DNA from: a virus
DNA: 41,839 nucleotides
Reading direction: 5' to 3' (one strand)
IMG/VR virus record: IMGVR_UViG_3300044962_000005
Location: 1 to 41,839 of that record
The position numbers were made by a program, and so were the translations under genes. The notes beneath the pieces are model-generated. The model was not told the DNA's origin. It saw only the letters and a program-made list of their open reading frames with translations, and made no database searches. This document shows positions 14,782 to 22,194 of this stretch, in pieces (position 1 is the stretch's first letter; each line of letters opens with the position of its first letter).

Positions 14782-15695
14782 GCCGTCCGCTCCACCGGCT
14801 GCGGCAGACTGAAGGCTTTCGCCGCCGGACTCCAGACCAACCCGAGTGCCTTCGCGCGGTCGTTCAACAGCTTCTTCACCTGCGGCGCCGTGGTCGCGTT
14901 CAACTTGGACACTTCCGGAATGGCCGCGTTGATCTCCTCCGGCGCCTGGAACGTGTCGATCGCCGTGCGCCAGTCGTCCACCGCGGCGGCCACCTTCGCG
15001 CTCTGGCCGGAGATCGCCCCGAGCGCGGCCCGCCCGGTGACGATCAAATCCGCGAGCACGGTCTGCGCTTTGGCGACTGGCGGCACGGTGAGCGGCGCCC
15101 AGCCCGCCGGGTTCTTCCCGATCCATTTGTCGGTCGGATTGAAATCGAGCACCCGCTGCTTCCCGCTCATCGCGAGATACCCGACGAAGTCGGACACCTT
15201 CATGACTTCGGCATACGAACCACCGGTGATGTCCGGCCGCACGCTCTTGCTGTCGGCGTCGCCTTCTTCTTTGTCATGGGCGATGAGCACGACGTCTTTG
15301 CCGAGTGTCCGTAGCAGCGCAATCCAGAGCCGGAAGCGCGCTTTGAGGACGCCGTAGCCCTGGAGGCTGAGATTGCCGTCCCGCCCGAGTTTCGGATTGC
15401 CGGCGATGATGTCGGTCGACATCAGATCGAGGCAGCGGCCCACGGTGTCCACGACGATCGTCTGATACGGTGCGAGCGCCTCGACATGCTCGGTCAGTTC
15501 CGTGACGTCGGCCCACGTCCCAATCTGCAAGGTATCGCGCCGGTTCGCCGCCCGATGGGCGCCATTGTCGAAATCGAGGAGGAGCGGATCAGCGGCGGAA
15601 TACCCGAGGGACGACTTCCCGATCCCCGGCTGGCCGAAGATCATGAACACCGGATGCTGAACTTCGATCGCGTCGGTCGACTTGATAATCTTCAC
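14778..15695 (-). CDS. Sak4-like AAA_24 recombination ATPase
   Basis: VFMIFGQPGIGKSSLG is a Walker A motif and IVVDTVG is Walker B-like. GTG 15695 follows AAAGGA. The ORF-track start at 15773 adds an unconvincing N-terminus. Confidence 0.8.
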   Translation of the reverse strand: MKIIKSTDAIEVQHPVFMIFGQPGIGKSSLGYSAADPLLLDFDNGAHRAANRRDTLQIGTWADVTELTEHVEALAPYQTIVVDTVGRCLDLMSTDIIAGNPKLGRDGNLSLQGYGVLKARFRLWIALLRTLGKDVVLIAHDKEEGDADSKSVRPDITGGSYAEVMKVSDFVGYLAMSGKQRVLDFNPTDKWIGKNPAGWAPLTVPPVAKAQTVLADLIVTGRAALGAISGQSAKVAAAVDDWRTAIDTFQAPEEINAAIPEVSKLNATTAPQVKKLLNDRAKALGLVWSPAAKAFSLPQPVERTA

Positions 15696-15835
15696 GAATG
15701 CAGTCCTTTCGCGGGGTGGTCGACACGGGTTCTGTTCCAGGCCGCGGCCACTGGCACGCGTCCCAATAGTCACAATCGCTCTCAGCGCTCCATCGGCTCA
15801 TCGTCTGGTCCCCGGCTCGTGGATCGCCACCGCTG

Positions 15836-16234
15836 TCATTCCGCACCGTTGGTCGCGATGAAGTGATCGATCCGCTCCGCCGCGATCTGCGCTTTCTCGG
15901 CGCACGATTGAGCATCCTCGTACGCATCGATAAATCGATCAGGCCAATGATCTGACAGGAACAAGCGACTCCGTTCTGTTCTGTCGTCCAAGCTGTCATC
16001 AGCGACGTCAGCACTGAGATCCAAGAGGCGTGCGGCAACCACGTCTGGATTGCGTCCATCTTCGAGAGCCTGATAGCAGGCGTCTTCGTCAGGGTTCGCA
16101 ATCTTGAGCCCATTTAATACGAGCGCCCATCCGCCAATACAGTGCGCCGTTCCGCAGCTCCACGTATCCATGCGGAAGGCATCCGGCTCCGCGAGAATGT
16201 GCGTCTTAATCTTTTTGAGCAGGCTCACGTTCAT
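15836..16234 (-). CDS. Hypothetical protein (132 aa)
   Basis: ATG 16234 is preceded by GGGAG at 7 nt. The ORF stays open to 16444, so a 202-aa form is possible. Confidence 0.6.
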   Translation of the reverse strand: MNVSLLKKIKTHILAEPDAFRMDTWSCGTAHCIGGWALVLNGLKIANPDEDACYQALEDGRNPDVVAARLLDLSADVADDSLDDRTERSRLFLSDHWPDRFIDAYEDAQSCAEKAQIAAERIDHFIATNGAE

Positions 16235-16468
16235 CGTCGGCTCCCGCCCTTCGCCTGGGCGCGCACGAACAGTGATGGCATCTGGCCGGTTCTGACCCGG
16301 CTCGGACCTTTGGGCATCTTCCTCTCGGCTTTCGCCGCCGTTGTGTGGCCCGACGATTTCGCCGCGTGGCCTGAGAATCAACAACCGACTGGCTACGGTC
16401 TCATTCAGGACGCACTCGGTTCCGCCTTCAGGGCGTGTCACCATCCACGCCGCAGATGCCGTGCTCGT

Positions 16469-16690
16469 TCATCGTCGTGGCCCCTTCGCCTGGGCGCGCC
16501 GCTGGGCCATGTCCCCCTGTAACTGCTCAAGGGCTTTCGCGTGCGCGACGTCCACGCGTCGCTGCCACCGATCTTGCATCCAATCGAGCGTGTAGGTGAT
16601 CGCCAGGAGCGCGAGCGCGATCCCGCCGATGATCAAGATCCAATTCGCGGCGTTGATCGCTTCCGTGGAGGTCGGCCAGACATGACTCAT
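16469..16690 (-). CDS. Single-pass membrane protein (73 aa)
   Basis: TM segment WILIIGGIALALLAITYTL. ATGA overlap with the upstream stop. Confidence 0.65.
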   Translation of the reverse strand: MSHVWPTSTEAINAANWILIIGGIALALLAITYTLDWMQDRWQRRVDVAHAKALEQLQGDMAQRRAQAKGPRR

Positions 16691-16944
16691 ACAGTTTTCT
16701 CGCGTTCCGCGATCATGGCGTCGGCGATCTCGTAAGCCATCCGTGCGACTGTTGGCGTGTCCTTTGGTGAGCCCACGCGAATCATCCGGCCGATCAGGGT
16801 TAGCGCCTGCCCGGCGAAGTAGTCCCGTAGCGACATGCCGTTGTGCCGATGCGGCAACGCATGATCTGGAAACGCCGGCCCGCCGTCGGCATTGAGCCGC
16901 TTCAACGTGTCGGCCTGAATCTGTTCGGCGGTGCGATAGCTCAC
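16687..16944 (-). CDS. Hypothetical protein (85 aa) with a GMSLRDYFAGQAL motif
   Basis: GTGA overlap with the upstream gene. From memory, this motif recurs in phage proteins of unknown function. Confidence 0.65.
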   Translation of the reverse strand: MSYRTAEQIQADTLKRLNADGGPAFPDHALPHRHNGMSLRDYFAGQALTLIGRMIRVGSPKDTPTVARMAYEIADAMIAEREKTV

Positions 16945-17285
16945 GCGATCCTCTTGATGGTGATGGCGGTGCTCACGTCCACCTGTCGTAACCGCTGTTT
17001 GGCAATCGCGAGGATCAATTCGATCCAGAACTCATCCGACAGATCCCACAACCGATGAAAGCTGAGATGGTCCACGCTCTTGAGCCCACGTAACACCAAC
17101 GAATGACTGATGCCCATGTCGGCGGCCATCGCCTTCGCTTCTAGGCGAACAATGCCGCGCGCCATATCGAGGACTTCGCCCGCCGTCGGGTTCAATTTCC
17201 GAACCGGCGTTTCGCCACGGCGGAGTTCCGCCTTCGCATTGCGAAGTGGAATCTCGGCGAGCCGCTCGTTACCCTTGCTGTCCAT
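16941..17285 (-). CDS. Putative HTH regulatory protein (114 aa)
   Basis: Start taken at ATG 17285 (MDSKGNERL...). AKAMAADMGISHSLVLRGLK looks like an HTH. Confidence 0.55.
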   Translation of the reverse strand: MDSKGNERLAEIPLRNAKAELRRGETPVRKLNPTAGEVLDMARGIVRLEAKAMAADMGISHSLVLRGLKSVDHLSFHRLWDLSDEFWIELILAIAKQRLRQVDVSTAITIKRIA

Positions 17286-17292
17286 GAACGTG

Positions 17293-17430
17293 TTACCGGT
17301 CCTCGAACAGCAATTCCACCGGTTGCGACGCGAGGAGGATGGCGTGCAAACCCCGTTCAAACGGACTCGGGAAGCCGAGCGTCACCCATTTGCCGGTGTC
17401 GGTGTACTTGACGTGAATGATGTATTTCAT
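17293..17430 (-). CDS. Small hypothetical protein (45 aa), below the ORF-track cutoff
   Basis: My own translation: MKYIIHVKYTDTGKWVTLGFPSPFERGLHAILLASQPVELLFEDR. It fills the gap between two genes. Confidence 0.55.
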   Translation of the reverse strand: MKYIIHVKYTDTGKWVTLGFPSPFERGLHAILLASQPVELLFEDR

Positions 17431-17433
17431 GGG

Positions 17434-17781
17434 TTACTGCCCTTCCGCGTGTGCGAGCAACGGTTCGTCGCAGACCCACTCCACGATCTCGACTTCGCGC
17501 TCAGGCTTCGCGGGTTCGACGCGCGTGCCGGTCACGACTTTGCGGCAGACGGTGGCGCGATCAGTGAAGACCTGCAACTCGACGTCGCCCGCGAACATGC
17601 GCGAGAGATGGAAATAGTCGTCGCTGTAGACCTTGCGCCAGCCGCCCAGCCGCGCCATGTCCGCGAGCAGCTCCCGCGATTGCACGTAGACCAGATGCGT
17701 CGGCGTGCTCAATTCGATCGCGGGATGGGCGTCGAGAAAATCGGCCAACTCGCGCAACCCTTTCGAGACATCAGCGTTCAT
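17434..17781 (-). CDS. Hypothetical protein (115 aa)
   Basis: ATG-initiated ORF abutting the upstream stop. Confidence 0.7.
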   Translation of the reverse strand: MNADVSKGLRELADFLDAHPAIELSTPTHLVYVQSRELLADMARLGGWRKVYSDDYFHLSRMFAGDVELQVFTDRATVCRKVVTGTRVEPAKPEREVEIVEWVCDEPLLAHAEGQ

Positions 17782-17991
17782 TCAGTGACTCCTCACCGCT
17801 TGCGCGGCGACTTGGATCTGGACAATCGCGATCAGTTGCGGATCCGCGTCCCGTCGCCAGCGGGTGTGCCCGCGCAACGCTTTCTTCACGACGGTGAGCG
17901 AGTGCCACGACGTTTGACAGAGCGGACACGTCCCGCGGCCATCCGCATTCGGGGGCACGATCAAGCCGGAGGCTTCGCACAGGAACCGCAT
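17782..17991 (-). CDS. Small hypothetical protein (69 aa)
   Basis: ATG-initiated ORF; carries CEASG...CPLC. Confidence 0.6.
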   Translation of the reverse strand: MRFLCEASGLIVPPNADGRGTCPLCQTSWHSLTVVKKALRGHTRWRRDADPQLIAIVQIQVAAQAVRSH

Positions 17992-17994
17992 GGC

Positions 17995-18465
17995 TTACTG
18001 CCCTTCCGCCTTGGCGATCACGATCGAGGCGGCGTCCAGTGCCTTGGCGTTGATGTCGGAGAAATCTCCCGAGGCCGCGACGAGGGCCGCGAGACGGAAC
18101 GACGTTTCCTTCAGCGCCGCAAGCAGATCAGGAGCCGCCGCGATCAGGCTCGCGTCGGCTTCTTTCTGTGGGTACGGTCGATCGGCTCGACGCGGCAGTA
18201 CAGCAACGGTCACTGTCTCGACGAGACTTTCGATCGCGGCACCGTTGACGGACGTCCCGCTGTGGAGCCGAACGCCCCACGGCCCAGGCGTATGCGCGAC
18301 GTTCTTCGTGACCGACATCGAGAGCCTTTCCGTTGCGGAGTTCGCGGTAGTTCCTGTCGCGGGGCGCGACGACTGACGGTCTACGCGCGGGAGATTCTTC
18401 TCTGCCCTGACGATCTCGACACTCGCGTAGGGCACGACTTCTGGACGGAGGAATTTCGGGATCAT
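17995..18465 (-). CDS. Phage protein with a TPGPW...ASLIAAAPDLLAAL domain; a repeat copy is inserted near its N-terminus
   Basis: ATG 18465 overlaps the upstream stop as ATGA. An internal alternative start at ATG 18318 (MSVTKNV) follows GGAAAGG. Codons 23-42 are encoded by repeat copy f. Confidence 0.65.
   Translation of the reverse strand: MIPKFLRPEVVPYASVEIVRAEKNLPRVDRQSSRPATGTTANSATERLSMSVTKNVAHTPGPWGVRLHSGTSVNGAAIESLVETVTVAVLPRRADRPYPQKEADASLIAAAPDLLAALKETSFRLAALVAASGDFSDINAKALDAASIVIAKAEGQ
18343..18389 (+). repeat. Palindromic repeat element, family A, copy f (outlying copy)
   Basis: CGCGGTAGTTCCTGTCGCGGGGCGCGACGACTGACGGTCTACGCGCG. Confidence 0.85.
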
Positions 18466-18599
18466 GCCGCGCTCCTCGCATCGAGATCGGCATGGAGCGT
18501 CGCGCTGCACCGGGGGCAGAGGCTGTGCGTCGTCGTGCCGGCCGGGCCAGGCTTCTCCCCCATCGCGGCGCCGCACCATGAGCAAAAAATCTTCATCAT
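18462..18599 (-). CDS. Small zinc-ribbon protein (45 aa), below the ORF-track cutoff
   Basis: My own translation: MMKIFCSWCGAAMGEKPGPAGTTTHSLCPRCSATLHADLDARSAA, with CxxC...CxxC. Confidence 0.55.
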   Translation of the reverse strand: MMKIFCSWCGAAMGEKPGPAGTTTHSLCPRCSATLHADLDARSAA

Positions 18600-18601
18600 G
18601 G

Positions 18602-18811
18602 TTAGGCGCTCCGCCGTTGGGTGAGGCTGATCGCGCGATCCAGATCGGTCTTTTTGATGAGCAGCGTTCTGAACCGCCGGGCCGTCGGGACGCCTTTGGC
18701 TTTGATAAAGCGGTAGAGACTCCGTAAGGCGTTCGGGCCACGGTATTTCAGGTACGCGGCCGCTTCGTCGGTGCGGAAGAGCGGACCTTTGAAGTCGAAG
18801 GCGTCGCTCAT
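18602..18811 (-). CDS. Excisionase-family / MerR-like HTH protein (69 aa)
   Basis: FRTDEAAAYLKY...LIKKTDLDRAI matches the HTH_17 pattern. ATGA overlap with the upstream gene. Confidence 0.6.
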   Translation of the reverse strand: MSDAFDFKGPLFRTDEAAAYLKYRGPNALRSLYRFIKAKGVPTARRFRTLLIKKTDLDRAISLTQRRSA

Positions 18812-19014
18812 GACGCTACCGCCAGCGGGAACAGCTCGCCGACCGGCTTCCGCAGCACTTTCGCGATCAGTTTTCGTTCGACGTCGCTGGCCTCGACGTG
18901 ACCGCGGACGATTTTGCTGAGCCGACTCTCCGGAATGCCGGTCTTCTGGGCCACCGAGAGTTGCGTGGTGCCACTGTCAAAGATGACGGACTTGAGCGTG
19001 GTGTTTCGGGCCAT
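18808..19014 (-). CDS. Cro-like XRE-family HTH regulator, first gene of the early operon
   Basis: TTQLSVAQKTGIPESRLSKIVRG is an HTH. The gene is divergent from the plus-strand HTH gene and lies directly downstream of a strong promoter. Confidence 0.75.
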   Translation of the reverse strand: MARNTTLKSVIFDSGTTQLSVAQKTGIPESRLSKIVRGHVEASDVERKLIAKVLRKPVGELFPLAVAS

Positions 19015-19029
19015 ACGTTTCGTGGAAGA

Positions 19030-19058
19030 AATATATCGTGATAGGAATCACGAGTCAA
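19030..19058 (-). promoter_or_regulatory. Early leftward sigma70-type promoter
   Basis: The minus strand reads TTGACT, a 17-nt spacer, then TATATT. The ATG at 19014 lies 15 nt after the -10 box, so the leader is very short and lacks an SD. Confidence 0.6.
19036..19053. promoter_or_regulatory. Palindromic operator inside the promoter spacer
   Basis: TCGTGAT-AGGA-ATCACGA has 7-bp perfect arms. It is flanked by related half sites, TTCGTGGA at 19019-19026 and TTCACGAA at 19067-19074. Confidence 0.6.
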
Positions 19059-19075
19059 CAACTAGTTTCACGAAG

Positions 19076-19104
19076 TTGTGACAGGTGGAAATCTGGCCTA
19101 TTTC
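19076..19104 (+). promoter_or_regulatory. Weaker rightward promoter candidate for the repressor-side operon
   Basis: TTGTGA, a 17-nt spacer, then TATTTC. The -35 box abuts the TTCACGAA half site. Confidence 0.35.
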
Positions 19105-19144
19105 CGCAACTTTTGATGCCGAGAGCCTGCTACGGTGGCAGGCG

Positions 19145-19690
19145 ATGGACACAAACGAGGCCCTGAGGCAACAGGCATTGCGTCTCGTCAAGTTGGGGGT
19201 GAGTCAGAAGATCGTCGCCGCGAAGATGGGCATGGCGCCCAGCACGTTCAGTAAGTGGCTCAATCGGAAGAGTGGGATCGGGCCGGCGTCGGTCGTCGCG
19301 TTGGATCGGTTCAACCGCTACCTGCAGGAATTATCGAGCGCGCTGGACAGCACGGTTTTGCAGGCCGATGTCTCAAGCTCGCACACCGCCACTCCTGTCA
19401 TGGCGGGAACGCCTGAGAAACAGGTCGGCATGAACGGCCGACCGCTTGCAACTTCCTCAGCTACCCCGCTCCCTCCTCATGGCCAAGCTGCTCCCGTATC
19501 CGGCGCACCGCGTCAGACGTACGGCCAAACACGTACTGGCATTGAGCACCTCATACGAGACGGCGAAGCTGCAGAAGCCCAAATCCTGGAAGAACAGGCC
19601 CGTCCCACCCCAATCCATCGGAAACATGTTGCAGCGCCTCCTTCTAAAACGGCCCATCGCCGTGCTCGTGCTCGAAAACATCATCGCTGA
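19145..19690 (+). CDS. HTH DNA-binding protein, candidate lysogeny repressor (no S24 peptidase domain seen)
   Basis: VSQKIVAAKMGMAPSTFSKWLNRK is an HTH. The C-terminal half is low-complexity and basic. ATG 19145 is preferred over GTG 19085, which lies upstream of the predicted promoter. Confidence 0.65.
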   Translation: MDTNEALRQQALRLVKLGVSQKIVAAKMGMAPSTFSKWLNRKSGIGPASVVALDRFNRYLQELSSALDSTVLQADVSSSHTATPVMAGTPEKQVGMNGRPLATSSATPLPPHGQAAPVSGAPRQTYGQTRTGIEHLIRDGEAAEAQILEEQARPTPIHRKHVAAPPSKTAHRRARARKHHR

Positions 19691-19715
19691 CATGCTTGAC
19701 GAACTTGAGAACTGA

Positions 19716-19844
19716 ATGAACAACTTGATCGGCGCCGGCATCCTCCTCGCGTTGGTTTTCGGAGTCTATCGGGTGAATCAGATCGCCCAACGCATCACCG
19801 AGATCGCGGCGCTGTTGAAACATGGACGACCACAGGATCGCTAG
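19716..19844 (+). CDS. Tiny single-TM ORF (42 aa) abutting the integrase start
   Basis: My own translation: MNNLIGAGILLALVFGVYRVNQIAQRITEIAALLKHGRPQDR. Its TAG is followed immediately by the integrase GTG. Confidence 0.3.
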   Translation: MNNLIGAGILLALVFGVYRVNQIAQRITEIAALLKHGRPQDR

Positions 19845-20933
19845 GTGGGCGTCTATCAACGCAAAGACTCCCAATTCTGGTGGCTCCTCATCGAAGGCAC
19901 CAGCATCCGGGAGAGCACCGGCATCCCCGTTGACGGCGGCTCCTCCTCTCAGAGTGTAGAACTGCGCCGGCAAGCGCAGGCGATCTACGCCGTCCGCAAG
20001 CTGAACGCCGTCAAGAGCGGACAGGGGTTCACCACCGCCCGGCCGGTGATCAGCTTCACGGACTTCGCCGCCTGGTACACCCTGCACCATGCCGCGCACC
20101 ACCGCGGCGCGACGCGGGAAGCCTCCATCGTCCGCCAGCTTTCCCGCTACTTCGACCGCTTCGACTCGCTGACCCTCATCACTGAGGCCGTGGCCAAAGA
20201 GTGGATGACCTGGCGGAAGCAACAGGTGCAGCCGTCGACCGTCAACCGCGAGCTCGACGTGCTCAAGCAGCTGCTGAAAGCCGCGGTCCCGAAATACCTC
20301 CCCGCGAATCCGGCCACCGGTCTGCGGCGCTTCCGGGTGAAGGAAGCCGAGCCGCGCGTCCTCACTCGCGAGGAAGAAAGCCGGCTCTTCGAGGTGGGCA
20401 GTCCCGAAGATCGCGCCTGGCTGGTCGTCGCGCTCGATACCCTGATGCGCCTGTCCAACGTGGTGTACTTGAAGTGGCCGCAGGTGAAACGGGCGCAGAG
20501 CGTGATCGTCCCGCTCAATGCGAAGGTGTCACACGACGCCGTCCCGATTACGCTGCGGATGGCGCAGGCGCTCGACCGACTCACCAGGACGGCCGAGTGG
20601 GTGTTCCCGAGCTTCCATGTGAAAGGCCACGGGAAGACGGCCGCGAAGAATCTGGCGATTCGCCGGTTCGCGCGTCTGTGTGCCCTGGCAGACGTCCCAC
20701 ACGGCCGCCACGTCAACGGGGTGACCTTCCACGGCTTGCGGCATACCGGCGCGACACGCGCGCTCCAGAACGGCGCCAGCGTGCGCACGGTGATGAAGCT
20801 GGGCGGCTGGCGCGATGAAGGCTCCGTGATGCGCTACGTCCATGCGGCCGATAGTGATGTACGGGCCGCGGCGGAGAGCATTTCGCGCCCGACCTTGGTT
20901 ACGCCACCCGCACGGCGGCGCAAACTGCACTGA
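19845..20933 (+). CDS. int: Tyrosine integrase
   Basis: LDTLMRLSN supplies the Arg, HGLRHTGAT is HxxR, and GGW...MRYVH supplies the Tyr. 362 aa. Confidence 0.92.
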   Translation: MGVYQRKDSQFWWLLIEGTSIRESTGIPVDGGSSSQSVELRRQAQAIYAVRKLNAVKSGQGFTTARPVISFTDFAAWYTLHHAAHHRGATREASIVRQLSRYFDRFDSLTLITEAVAKEWMTWRKQQVQPSTVNRELDVLKQLLKAAVPKYLPANPATGLRRFRVKEAEPRVLTREEESRLFEVGSPEDRAWLVVALDTLMRLSNVVYLKWPQVKRAQSVIVPLNAKVSHDAVPITLRMAQALDRLTRTAEWVFPSFHVKGHGKTAAKNLAIRRFARLCALADVPHGRHVNGVTFHGLRHTGATRALQNGASVRTVMKLGGWRDEGSVMRYVHAADSDVRAAAESISRPTLVTPPARRRKLH

Positions 20934-21161
20934 TTGGCACGGTATTTTTGAGGGGAATGGCGGTAGGGACGCCACCTTTCGCCCTCCACCAAGTGCCTGT
21001 AACTACGGCTACGACACGGTTTCTGGACGTGCCGCCGTCCAAACCTCGCGAAAGTGACAGCGGCCACGATATGGCCTAAAACGGCTAGAATAGGGCCACG
21101 CCAATCACGTCAGGCGAACGTGATTCGGATCCACCTCACGCGCCAAGATTTGGGAGTTCCT

Positions 21162-21725
21162 GTGAAGTCTGTCCTCATCCTCAGTTCATTCGTTGTGCTC
21201 GGCGCCCTCACCACGGCCTGTGCCGGTGGGAATCCCGTGTCTCCGACACTCCTGGCCGCACCGCTCGCGTCCAAAGCGGTTGTGTTTGTCGCCACCGACC
21301 CTGCACCGGTTGCGGCTCCTGAGCCGACGCCTGCTGTTGAGCCGTTGCCGCCGCCGGTCAGCGTGCCCGCTCCGACACCAGCGCCGAAGCCGACGCCCGC
21401 TCCTACTCCTACTCCTGCTCCCGCGCCAAAGCCGACACCGCCGCCCGCTCCCAGACCAGCGCCGGCTCCCGTCCCTGTGGTCGCGCCTGCTCCCGCACCG
21501 GTCGCTCAGCCAGCGCCCACGCCACCGCCAGCGCCCATCAACAACCCGTGTGGCACCGCACCGTGTGGCCCCGTGCCTGATGGTCCCTGTGGCAACCAAC
21601 CGTGTGGACCGCTCCCGACGCAAGGCCCGTGCGGTGTGAATGCCTGTGCGCCAGATCAGGCTCTGCTGTGCCCGTCCGGGACGCATTCGGCGCTCGTGGG
21701 CAACGATATGGTCTGCGTGCCGTAA
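21162..21725 (+). CDS. Proline-rich exported protein or lipoprotein with C-terminal PCG repeats
   Basis: GTG 21162 lies 5 nt after GGGAG. The signal peptide VKSVLILSSFVVLGALTTAC is lipobox-like. A ~100-aa PAPTP-type low-complexity tract follows. The C-terminus has five xPCG repeats and further Cys residues. Confidence 0.7.
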   Translation: MKSVLILSSFVVLGALTTACAGGNPVSPTLLAAPLASKAVVFVATDPAPVAAPEPTPAVEPLPPPVSVPAPTPAPKPTPAPTPTPAPAPKPTPPPAPRPAPAPVPVVAPAPAPVAQPAPTPPPAPINNPCGTAPCGPVPDGPCGNQPCGPLPTQGPCGVNACAPDQALLCPSGTHSALVGNDMVCVP

Positions 21726-21741
21726 GATAGAGCCACTGCTG

Positions 21742-21984
21742 ATGCTTGGCACCACAGACTTCGAAGCGATGGGGCCGCTTGCGCGCATCGTCCACATCAG
21801 AGACGCGGTGCATGGGCTCTGCCGCGCGATCGACGCGGGAGACGTGACGCCAACCGAACTGGAGATGGTGACGCTCGCGACCGTCGTTGCTAGGTACAGC
21901 GGCCCACTCGCCCATGACCTTCTCTGTCAACTCGCGAGCCGATGCCGGAATGGCCGAGCGGTGCTGGACCGAATCAGATGCTGA
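21742..21984 (+). CDS. Hypothetical protein (80 aa)
   Basis: ATG 21742 lies after the lipoprotein stop. The gene is convergent with the minus-strand gene ending at 21988. Confidence 0.4.
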   Translation: MLGTTDFEAMGPLARIVHIRDAVHGLCRAIDAGDVTPTELEMVTLATVVARYSGPLAHDLLCQLASRCRNGRAVLDRIRC

Positions 21985-21987
21985 CGT

Positions 21988-22194
21988 TCAGAACGGATGC
22001 GAAGACAGCCACGCATCGTCCTTGTCGACGCTCGATCGGTACGCCGACTGATACGCCGCGATGACTTCGGCGTCGGTCGGGGCGGGCACGTCCGGATTGC
22101 GCTTCGCAAATGCTACCCGGAGATACCCGATGATCGCCGGCAGTTCTTCAATCGCCAACTGCGTGAGCGCGGTCTGGACGGATTTTTCCATCAT
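21988..22194 (-). CDS. Hypothetical protein (68 aa)
   Basis: ATG 22194 overlaps the upstream stop as ATGA. The longer ORF-track N-terminus is Arg-rich and unconvincing. Confidence 0.55.
   Translation of the reverse strand: MMEKSVQTALTQLAIEELPAIIGYLRVAFAKRNPDVPAPTDAEVIAAYQSAYRSSVDKDDAWLSSHPF

Noticed and set aside
7888-18389. Possibility that the short repeats form a CRISPR array.
   Set aside because: Copies are hundreds to thousands of bp apart and occur in both orientations. They diverge internally and lie inside or between genes. There is no regular repeat-spacer periodicity and no cas genes.
21100-21146. tRNA-like 3' end (GATTCGGATCC...CACGCGCCA), and a second candidate (CGCCCTCCACCA near 20975-20990), as possible attP cores.
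   Set aside because: The T-loop consensus (TTCRANY with A58) and the 5-bp T-stem cannot be built, so no cloverleaf can be drawn.
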